Positions 53,401 through 64,000 of a DNA stretch of 64,000 nt are shown piece by piece (positions within the stretch are counted from its first letter, which is position 1; each line of letters opens with the position of its first letter). The translations under genes and the position numbers were made by a program. The DNA comes from Camelus dromedarius (taxonomy: Eukaryota), in assembly GCF_036321535.1 (NCBI RefSeq), contig NC_087472.1:95110001-95174000 (forward strand), in the 5' to 3' direction. The notes beneath the pieces are model-generated. The model made no database searches, was not told the DNA's origin, and saw nothing but the letters and a program-made list of their open reading frames with translations.

Positions 53401-55539
53401 AAGTCTGCATCAAAAGAGCTCTGCATTATATTCGAACATTATAGGAGCCACTGTGATCTCAGGAAGGGGGAGCCTTTTTCCTTCTGCACCAAGTATAGGT
53501 TACCTTGACACACAGAAGACTTGATTTATAACCTATGGACCATTAGACATGTAAGTCTAGTATTCAGAAGAATTTCCTACTATGAGAAATCTCTGAAACG
53601 TCTAAAGAAAGTAATTTTGGCACTTTTCTATCATTCAAAAATTGTTAACTGATTGGCTTCTCGCCCCTCAGGTATATTATTTTAGATGAGAGAATTTCAG
53701 CGGCAGCAATTCCTCCATCGCCTTCCAGAAAACCCATTACAGACAACCGCAGGAAGGCGGCCATCGTTTCTCTAAAAGTGAGGGTAAACACGAGGCTTAA
53801 TTTGTTCATGTGCAGTAAACAGTTTAGTTTTGGAGGCAGAATCTGAAGTGAAGATTTTATTTCCCTCTGGTCATTTTGCTCTCCCTGATTGAAAGATATT
53901 ACTGAGAGAAGGACGCGTCAAAGCCTAGTGCCAGGTAATTGAAGTTGAAGGAATATAACTTTGTTTGGGAATTATCATCTTAAATCTTCTTTGGCTCAAG
54001 ACAGTAGAGCTTGCACCCTTTACAGGCTTTTATTCTGAAGTGGCTTGAGCTAAGAAACAAGCCTATAGGGACTTAAGAGTCAAATGGTCAAAAGCAAAGA
54101 TGCAGCTGGTAATTAGGTGCTTGGGATTCAGATCCTTCCACCACGCTAGGATAAGAAGGCAAAATCTGTTATATTGCTTCAAAGTTTCAAAGGTTAGGTC
54201 ACTTTGGATTATGTGTGTGAGATACCCAAGATCGTTATCACGGTGGAAAAAGACCGCCAGTTCTGAAACAGCTTTGATCAGCAGGAGCACCCACCATGGA
54301 TCTGGGGCTAGAGAGGACACCTTACATCCCTGACACTGGGGTGGCTTGGAGGGAGAGCTCAGAAGTGCTAATTGGCTCACTGTTCACTGAGAGAGATGCC
54401 TCCTGTTGGAATCTACACTGGACTAGTCGTGCTCTTGAATGCATGGCCTTTTTGTTTTCTTTACTGTAAGCAGTAGGTTCTATATGTAGCAGATTCTGAG
54501 AAAGATGATGTCAGAGCAGGTGTAAATATCTAAAGCTGCAGTTCTGTACTCACACCAAGGAATCCGTAGTGTTTGGTGATTAAGTTGAAAGTCAGCTGCC
54601 TTGTGTCAGCACCTTATTCAGTTATCTCTTTAAATTACCAGGACAGACATCATTTTTCTTCACTTACGCTTTTCCAAAGCTGAAGAGACAGCCTCCATAA
54701 GAAATGATACTTGTCTAGAAAATATTAACCTCACAGTGAAATATTTTGTCCTTGGAAACATTAAAAATATGTACAAGGAAGAAGCAAGTCTATAACCAGA
54801 GAGTCAACTATCATCTCAAATCTCCAGACTAACACTTTCACCTCTTCTCCTCATTCCAGGTCACTGCTGTATGGAGGCAAGTATAGGAAATGAAAAAAGT
54901 AAAATTTCCCCCAAATTTTGTTTCTAGTGTACCCTGTGAGGGGAAGATGATCAGTGCTGGGTCAACCGCTGACTCAGCTTGGCTCAATCAGGGTCTCTTC
55001 CTTGGAAATATGGGAGTCAGGCTGACAAAAGGAATGGCTTAACTTGCTAAATCAAAAAGTCAGGAGCAGTGAGTTGTTTATAGCAAATCATCCATCACGG
55101 TTGTTTTTTATTGTTGTTGTTGTTGTTTCCTCTAGGGAAAAACAGGTAAAGCCTATCTCAGAGGGGGAAAAAAAAAGCAAAGAAAGCAGACAAGCATAGA
55201 GTGACAAACAAGATGTGCAGAAGGAATCAGAAATCCCAGGGGAATCTGTTTTTTCTGAGTCCTGAAAAAAAAAAACCCTTGCCTTTAAGTTCATTGAGAT
55301 ACCTCTGAATCCTGCCGTTAAATACCACCTCCCGCTTTTGTAGGTAGGAACTAACCAGAGTAAGTTTCCCTGACTAGCAGTAGGAATCTTTGCTATTATA
55401 AATAGTTAGGAAAAATAATAGAAAAGAGATACTACTAGTAACCAAAAAATATAAAATTCCTGTTAAGAATAAACTTGGGGAGATAGGGAGTTTTCTGTCT
55501 ATCTACCTCGGGAGGTAGGGATGTGGGCATGGGGATATG

Positions 55540-56715
55540 ATATGGGACTTTTATATCTAAAAATAAAAATAATTACTAAAAGATATGATAGAAGAGATAC
55601 ATGAGTGGAAAGACAACCTATTCCTAGATGAAAAAGAATCACATAAAGCCGTAAATTCTCCTTTGCTTAAATTATAAGCAAATTAAATTACTTTGGTTCC
55701 ATTAAGAATTTTTTTAACTTGATAAAATGACTCTAAAGTTATTTTTGAATAAATAAAAAAATTAAAAGGAAAGAATAATAAGGTAATTTCCAGTGTCTGA
55801 TATTGGAATGCATTTGAAAATGACAATTACTACAATACTGTGTATATATGCAGGAATACAGAAATCCTTAAATTTAGACAATCCAAAAACAGACCAAGCT
55901 TTATCTAAGCACTTATTAATTGATTCAGAACAGTCATTTAATAAATAAGTCTTGGACAAATTATTCCTTTGGGAAATATAAAATTAGTATATAGATTCAA
56001 TTATACTCAATCCCAAGTAGATTAAATACAGGAATGTAGTTGAAAATTACCCACACACTATTCTAATTATCTTGTGTGTGTGAACAGTAGTTTGATCCCT
56101 AGTCAGTGAAGACCCTTATAAGCTTTTAAATGGTGTATGTGACCATGTAAAGATTTAAGGTATCTTTAGTCAAAAATAACCATAAGCAAAAATAGATACA
56201 TTGGGAAAATACTTTCAAATTGTACGCTAAGTAGGTTTAATATTGTTACATAAAAACACTCTTAAAACTGGTAAAAGGACATGAACTGGGAACTTAAGAA
56301 TGAAAAGTAAATAAGAAACATTAATAAACATGCAAATTCACGAAGTGTCCAAGAAAAATAAATTAATGCAACAATGAGATCCATTGACCAAAATTTTTTG
56401 TTCATTTCTTTTTACTGTAATGACAGAGTGTGCTGGCACTTTTATATACTACTGAGAAAGTAAAGTTATGATCTTTCCATCAAACTTTTTTCCAGAACCT
56501 ATCAAACATGCTCAGCACCTAACTCAGCTGTTTAACTTTGGAAGTTATCCTATGGAAATTATCAGAAATATTCACAAAGATGTCACCATAAAGATGAAAA
56601 CTGCAGAAATTCTTATAACATGAAATTGGTATAATATACAATAATGGGAGGGAATTGATTGATTAAATTGTTAATTATAATTGCAATGAATACTGAACAA
56701 CAATTAGATTATCAA
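55540..56715 (+). mobile_element. Highly decayed L1ME-like ORF2 relic
   Basis: aacttgataaaatgactctaaagtttatt, aaaattaatgcaacaatgagat, ggaagttatcctatggaaatt; AT-rich and colinear with the L1 ORF2 3' half. Confidence 0.6.
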
Positions 56716-57503
56716 GAGGCTTGGTCCTGGACCTCTGGTGGGTAGGGCCTTATCTAGAGGCCTTTGTGGCTCAGGAGGTCTGCTGATGGGTGGGGCTGTG
56801 TTCCCAGCCTCTATGTTGTTTGGCCTGAGGCTTCCCTACAGGCTGTTGGGCTGGGCTCAGTCTTAGTGCTAATGATCCAATCAAGATGTCAGCCTCCAGG
56901 AAAGCTCACGTAGAGGAACACTCCCAGAATGTCTGCCACCACTTTTATGTCCCCTGAGTGAGCTGCATCCATCCCCTGTGTCCCCAGGAGACCCTCTAAA
57001 ACCAGCAGGCAGGTCTAGCCAAGGTTCCTATGAAATCACTGCCTCTGCCCTTGGACCTGGCGCACACGAGGTTCTGTGTGTGCTTCCCAAGAGGGTGAAG
57101 TCTCTGTTTGCCCCAGTCCTGGGGGGCTCCTGGAGCTAAGCCCTGCTGACCTTCAAAACCAGATGTCCTGGGGACCCTCCTCCTTCCAATGCTGAACCCT
57201 GGGCTGGGGAGCCTGACTGGGGCTGAGAACTCTCAGTCCTGTGGGAGGGCCTCTGCAACTTAATTATTCTTCTGCTGTGGGTCACCTTCCCAGGGAGTAT
57301 GGGGCCCGATTATATCGTGAGCACGCCCCTCCTACCATCCTGCTGTGGTTGCCTCTTTATGTTTCCAGTTGAAGAAGATCTTTTTTGCTTGGTTCCAGTC
57401 TTTTTTTTTTCGATATTTGTTTAGCAATTAGTTGTGGTTTCATCGTAGTTGCGAGGAGAGGTGAACTCGTGGTCCTAGTGCTCTGCCATCTTGACTGGTG
57501 ATC
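56716..57503 (-). mobile_element. Orphan L1 5'UTR (5'-most ~790 nt only)
   Basis: Colinear with 40942-41705 of the L1 in this window, including the 5' terminus ctctgccatcttgact; no ORF1, poly(A) or TSD. Confidence 0.92.
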
Positions 57504-57509
57504 TGTTCC

Positions 57510-57606
57510 TTTTAAAGACAGCCGATTAGTAACCTTAATTCCCCCTTAGATTGCAGGATAAGGATGTGAACGTCTCTGGGGAAAAGGCCATTATTTTGCC
57601 TACTAA
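57510..57606 (-). mobile_element. MLT1 (D-like) LTR 5' stub
   Basis: gattagtaaccttaattccccc...ggataaggatgtgaacgtctctgggg...ggccattattttgcctacta. Confidence 0.65.
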
Positions 57607-58837
57607 AAAGTGTTTCCTCTGGAGATAGATTGATGGTGAGGAGACCAGTTAATAAAGGTTACTTTAATAACACAAGGGTAAGTGTTTAACTGGCCAGGAG
57701 AAAATGTTGTCTGATTGAGACTTGTAGAATGTAAAAGCATGGGAGAGTACACTGATCAGAGGGATTGTCCGCCTCACTCCACCCCGCAGCTTTAAATCCT
57801 GTGCTTAGGGCAACGCTTTGCAGGTAGTACCACCTCAAGAGACACTTGCCTAGTCACGGACTGAAGGAGTAATTCACTCTACTGCTTTTCTTCTGAAGTT
57901 TAGTGATGTCTTCTCAAATTTCCTAGAAATCTACTGTCTGAACCCTTTATTTTAGCATTTGATCAAGGCTTAACATTATTTATTTGCTTGTATTCTTTAT
58001 TTTACCAACTAAGTTGAAATATTATTCATTTATTGAGAACTAACTACAATATTGCCCACAATCTAGTTTACATGAGTGGTATTCTGTGAACCATACTTTC
58101 AAAACTTGGTTTTATGAGCAAACTTTTATCACATAATATGAACCCTCCATGTAGACATGGCTGATTATTTTCTGCCATGTAGTTAAGACTAAAATCTTAG
58201 TTTCCTTTTCCCTTCTGTTTTTTATTATTGCCTCAAGGCCAATACCTACATGATCATAAATGGATTCATTGAGTAGGTTGTGAGGTTACTAGAATAACAA
58301 AGAAAAAGTTTCTCTGTATATTTCATATCAGTTGATCACACCCTCCAATATCCTGTTATAGGATTTTGAAAAATTGTTTTGGTAATTGCTATAATGGATA
58401 GTTCCCTACTATTTGAACTCAACAAATGCAGTATAAAAATATCAGAGCTCAGACACTAAATCTTAGACACATTGTGTGAATATTAAAAATAAGTGGGCTG
58501 TATGCCTTTTGTCATCTTGGAAATTTTTGAAATTTTCCTGGAGTATCTTTTCATTGAGTACATGCATATAATTTAATAATCAAACACAAACAATGTTAAT
58601 GGATTGTACACTAAAGCTGTGGCAAGATTAGATACATCCATGACAAAGGAACAGCAGAGACAAACTTAAAATACAGGATAGATCTGTGGGTATGCCAAAA
58701 ACCAAAGATGGTGTATGTGATTTTCCCTCTCTATAAAATGAACAGTAACACTGGAAGAAGTTCTGACTACTAGTCCAGAATGAATGAGGGTCCATTTCTG
58801 ATTATGCCAAACCCAGAAAGAGGGACTGAACTAGATC

Positions 58838-61800
58838 TTTATATTTTTTATTTTTATTTTTTATTGAAGTATAGTTGATTAATAATATTAGTTTTTAGGT
58901 GTACAACATAGTGATTCAATATTATAGATTATACTGTATTTAAACTTGTGACAAAATAGTAGCTATATTTCACTGTGCTTTACAACATATCCCTTATTGC
59001 TTATTTATTTTATACATAGTAGTTTGTCTCTTAATCCCATATCCCTATTTCACCCCTCCCCCTTCCCTCACCCCAGTGTTAACCACTAGTTTGTTCTCCA
59101 TCAGTTTCCATTTTGTTATATACCTCATTTGTTTTACTTTTTAGATTTCACATATTAGTAATAGCATATAGTATTTGTTTTTCTCTTTATGACTTATTTC
59201 ACTAAGCATAATACTCTCTAGGTCCCTCTTGTTGTTGCAAATGGCAGAATTTCATTCCTTTTTTATGCCTGAGTAATATTCGTGTGTGTGTGTGTGTGTT
59301 TATGTATACATACATACACATACCACACCATCTTCATCCATTCATCTGTTGATGGGGACTTAGGTTGCTTGCATAATTTGGCTATTGTAAATAATTTGCT
59401 GTGAACATTGGGGTACATGTATCTTTTCAAATTAATATTTTTCTTTTCTTCAGATATATACTCAGCAGTGAGATTGTTAAATCATATGGTGATTCTATTT
59501 TTAGTTTTCTGAGGATACTCCATACTGTTTTCCATAGTGGATGTACCAATTTACAATCCCACCAACAGCGTGGTAGGATTCCCTTTTCTCCACATCCTCC
59601 TCAGCATTTGTGATTTGCCAACTGTTTGATGATAGCCATTTTGACAGGTGTGAGATGGTATCTCACTGTGGTTTTGATTTGCATTTCTCTGATGATTGGC
59701 AATATTGAACATTTTTTTATGTGCCTGTTGGCCATCTGTTTATCTTCTTTGGAAAAATGTCTATTTAGGTCTTCTGCCCATTTTTTAATTGGGTTGTTTG
59801 ATTTCTTGATATTGAGTTGTATGAGCTGTTAATATATTTTGGATATTAACCCCTTATTGGTCATACCATTTGCAAATATTTTCTCCCATTCAGTAGGTTG
59901 TCTTTTTGTTTTATTGATGGTTTCCTTTTCTATGCAAAAGCTTTTTAAGTTTAAGTAGGTCCCACTTGCTTATATTTACTTTTATTTCTTTTGCCTTAGG
60001 AGACAGATCCAAAAAAATATTTCTATGATTTATCTCAAAGAGCATTCTGCCTGTGTTCCCTTCTAGGAGTTTTATAGTTTCAGGTCTTAAATTAAGGTCT
60101 TTAATCCATTTTGAATTTATTTTTGTATATGGTGTGAGGAAATGTTCTGATTCTTTTACATGTAGCTGTCTAGTTTTCCCTGCACTACTTATTAAAGACT
60201 GTCTTTTCTCCATTGTATATTCTTATCCCCTTTCTTGTAGATGAAATGACCATAAGTGTATGGATTTATTTCTCAGCTCTCTATTCTGTTCCATTGATTG
60301 ATATGTCTCTTTTTGTGCCAGTACCATGCTGTTATGATTACTATGGCTTTGTAGTATAGTGTGAAGTTAGGGAGCCTGATTCCTCCAGCATTGTTCTTTT
60401 TTTCTCAGCATTGCTTTGGCAATTTGGGGTCTTTTGTGGTTTCATATAAATGTTAGGATTATTTCTTCTATAACTGTGAAAAATGCCATGGGTATTTTGA
60501 TAGGGATTGCATTAACAGTGTAGAATGCTTTGGCTAGTATGATCATTGTATTAATTCTTAATATTAATTCTTCCAATCCAATAGCATGAGATAGCTTTCC
60601 ATTTGTATCATTTTCAAATTCCTTCATCAGTGTTTTATAGCTCTCAGAGTTTAGGTCTTTCACCTTCTTAAGTTTATTTGTAGGTATTTTATTCTTTTTG
60701 ATGTAATTTTGTATGAGATTGTTCTCTGCTTTCTCTTTCTGGTAATTCATTTTGGGGGTGTAGAGGAAAAGCAACAGGTTTCTGTATAAATTTTATATCC
60801 TGTAATTTAACTGAATTCATTTATTAGTTCTAATATTTTTAGTGGAGACTTTTGGGTTTTCTATATATAGTATCATGTCATGTGAAAATAGTGACAGTTT
60901 TTTACTTCTTTCCTTCCATTTTGGATGCCTTTTATTTCTTTTTCTTATCTGACTGCTGTGGCTGCGTTTTCCACCACTATGCTAAATAGAAGTGGTGTGA
61001 GTGGGCAGCTTTGTATTATTCCTGATTTTAGAAGAAAAGCTATCATCAGCTTTTTCACTGTTGAATACAATGTTAGCTGTGGGTTTGTCATAAATGGCTT
61101 TTATTATGTTCAGATATGTTCCGTCTGTGCCAACTTTGATGAGTTATCATGAATGGATGCTGAATTTTGTCAAATGCTTTTTCAGCATGTATCAAGATGA
61201 TCATGTGATTTTATACTTCCTTTTATTAACCTAATGTTTCACATTGACTGATTTGCAACATTAAATGATCCTTGCGTCTCTGGAATAAATCCCACTTGAT
61301 CATGGTGTGTGATGCTTTTTATATATTACTGATTTCAGTTTAATATTTTGTCGAGGATTTTTACACCTGTATTCATCAGAGATATTGGCCTACAAGTTTC
61401 ATTTTTTTTGTAGTATCTTTGGTGTGGCTATCAGGGTAATGGTGACTTCACAGAATGAATTTGGGAGTGTTCCATCCTTTTCAATTTTTTAGAATAGTTT
61501 GATAAGGATAGGTATCGGTTCTTTATATGTTTGGTAGAATTCCCCTGTGAAGCCGTCTGATTATGAACTTCTGTTTGCTGGCAGTTTCTAAAATACAAAT
61601 TCAGTTTTACTATTCAGATTGTCTATTTTTCCTGTTTCAGTCCTGGCAAGTTGTATGTTTCTAGAAATTTGTCCATTTCTTCTAGGAAGTTGGCATATAA
61701 CTGTTCATAGTATTGTCTTACGATTTTTTTGTATCTCTGTAGCATTGGTTGTTATTTCTCCTCTTTCATTTCTTACTTTGAGTCTTCTCTTTTTTCTTCC

Positions 61801-64000
61801 TGATGAGCCTGGCTAAAGGTTTATCCATTTTGTTTATCTTCTCAAAGAACCAGCTCCTGGTTGTATTGATCTTTTTTCTTTTACTTTTTTGATCTCTGTT
61901 TTATTTCCTCTCTGATCTTTATTATTGCCTCCCTTCTGCTGGCTTTGTTCTTTTTCTTTTAGGTGGTAGATTAAGTTATTTATTTCAGATTTTTGTTGTC
62001 TCTTGAGGTAGGCCTGTGTCGCTATAAACTTTCTTCTTAAAACTGCTTTTGTTGCCCCCCCCCCCATAGAGTTTGGAAAGTTTTGTTTCCATTTGAATTT
62101 GTCTCAAGGTATTTTCTGATTTCCTCTTTGATTTCTTCATTGACTCGTTGATTTTTTTTAGTAGCATGTTGATTAGTCTCCACGTGTTTGTGCTTTTCTT
62201 ATTTTTTCCCCTGTAACTTATTTCTAATTCATACCATTGTGGGCAGAAAAAAAATGCTTCATATAATTTCTATGCTCTTAAATTTGCTGAGACTTGATTT
62301 GTGGCCTAGCCTGTCATCTATCCTGGAGAATGTTCCATGTGCACTTTAAAAGAATGTGTATTCTGCTGCTGTGGGACGGAATGCCCCATAGCTATCTATT
62401 ATGGCCAGTTGGTCTGTTGTGTCACTTATGACTACCGTTTCCTTATTGATTTTCTGTCTGGATGATGTGTCCATTGAGGTAAGCGGGGTGTTAAAGTCCC
62501 CTACTGTTACTGGATTGCTGTCAAGTACTTACTTTGTCTGTTAATATTTACTTTATGTATTTAGGTGCTCCTGTATTAGGTGCATATATGTTAATAAGTG
62601 TAATGTCCTCTTCTTGTATTGATTCCTTTATCATTACATAATGCCCTTCTCTGTCTTTTGTTGCAGAGTTTGTTTTAAAGTCTATTTTGTCATATTTTTA
62701 AAGTCTCTTTTGTCATATGAATATTCCTACCTCAGCTTTATTATTGTTTCCATATACATGAAATATGTTTTTCCACCCTTTCATTCTGTGTGTCTTTAGC
62801 GCTGAAGGTGAGTCTCTTGTAACCAGCATCTAGGTGGGTTGTTTTTTTTTTTTAAAATCCAATGAAAAACTCTATGTCTTTTGATCGAAGCATTTAGTTC
62901 AGTGACATTTAACGTAATTATTGATAGGTATGTACTTCCTGCTGTTTTCTGGTTGTTTCTGTAGTTGTCCCTTGTTATTTTCTTCTTTTACTTTCTTCCC
63001 TAGTGGTTTAATGATTTTTTTAGTGGTATCTTTGTGTTCCTTTCTCTATTGTCTTTGTGTATCTATGGTAGCTTTTTGATTTCTGGTTACCATGGGATTC
63101 ATATATGTTGGCCTATGAAGTAGATCTGTTTTAAACAGGTATTCTTTTAGGGTCAAATACATTCTAAAGGATCTGTTTTAACTCCCCTCCCCCACATGTT
63201 GTGCTTTTGATGTCATATTTTACATCTTCATGTTCATCTCTTTACTGATTATTGCAGTTGTACTTGATATTACAATTTTTTTATTTTAATCTTTTTGTTA
63301 GCTTACTTAAGTGGTGGATCCTCTGCCTTTATATTTGCCTTTACTAGTGGGATTTTTCCTTTCCTAGTGATACCTACTTCTTGTTACAGCTTTTTCTTTT
63401 CCTCTTAGAGAAGACATTGTAACATTTTAGGGTTGGTTTTGGGAGAGCTATAATTGAAATGAACACAAGTCCCATATTCCCTCAGGGTGTGCTGGCAGCT
63501 GTCACCTTGGCGGGAGGTGAAGCAGGAGATGAGGGGCCAGTTCCGGAGCTAGGTGTGAAGCTGGGCTTTCCGTCTGCTCGGTGGCTGTCACTGCCCTGTC
63601 AGGAGCTAGGTCAGGTCCCAAGTTGCTGGAACAGAAGTCCTGAGGTTCAGGTCCAAGCTGGCTCAGCTCCCTTTAAGCGTGTGCTTTTCCTTCCTCCACT
63701 GGCAGCCTCGCCCCCGAGGGGAGTGGTGCTGGAACGAGAGGAACGGGCGTTAGTGTTTGATGGAACCTGGGCTGCGGCAGTCTAGCTGCCGCCAGGGATC
63801 TGGTTGGCCTCGGATAGGCCACCTGTGCAGCTGCCAGTTATGGCTGCCGCCTTCCTGCTCAGACACTGCTTAGGGTTTGAGCCACCTCAGCATCTCACAG
63901 CTGAGGTTTTTCCTCAGTCGTGGCAGCCCTTGCACCAGCGTGGAGAAGTGACATGAGGCAGGAACTGCTGAAGCATTTGGTCCATTCAGGCTGGGGCTTA
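58838..64000 (-). mobile_element. Degraded LINE-1 with ORF1 deleted, running off the window end within the 5'UTR
   Basis: T-tail, 3'UTR, ORF2 remnants ([43 protein letters not shown]), spacer and 5'UTR all colinear with the 10095-16562 element. Confidence 0.95.

Noticed and set aside
40942..57503. Two similar ~780-nt direct repeats as LTRs of a 16-kb provirus or a segmental duplication
   Set aside because: Both are L1 5'UTRs with many substitutions and indels, lack TG...CA ends, and enclose ordinary old genomic DNA.
62672..62720. Short tandem duplication tttaaagtct(a/c)ttttgtcatat
   Set aside because: Local slippage inside a dead L1; two units only, not an array.
1..64000. CRISPR array, operon or other prokaryote-type system
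   Set aside because: There are no regularly spaced repeats or dense ORFs; the composition and repeat content are mammalian.

Overview
This is AT-rich, CpG-poor mammalian non-coding DNA (intergenic or deep intronic). It is most likely from a camelid, because it carries two tRNA-Ala-derived Vic-1-type SINEs. I found no intact host protein-coding gene, rRNA, genuine tRNA or CRISPR array. The only recognisable ORFs in the track are fragments of decayed LINE-1 ORF1/ORF2. The window is dominated by transposable elements: three large minus-strand L1s (about 10.1-16.6 kb, 35.4-41.7 kb and 58.8 kb to the window end), several short L1 3' fragments, old L1M/L2/MIR relics, MaLR/ERVL/ERV1 LTRs, an ERVL pol relic and MER3/MER5 DNA transposons. 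I see no evidence of a new multi-gene system. The most interesting items are atypical retrotransposition products: (1) a near-full-length L1 whose own 3' end is replaced by about 200 nt of foreign polyadenylated sequence inside one target-site duplication (TSD); (2) an ERV LTR fragment inserted by the L1 machinery, with A-tail, TT/AAAA site and perfect 13-bp TSD; (3) an orphan L1 5'UTR; (4) an L1 lacking almost all of ORF1. Repeat family names come from remembered consensus motifs, not from a database search, and the boundaries of old repeats are approximate.
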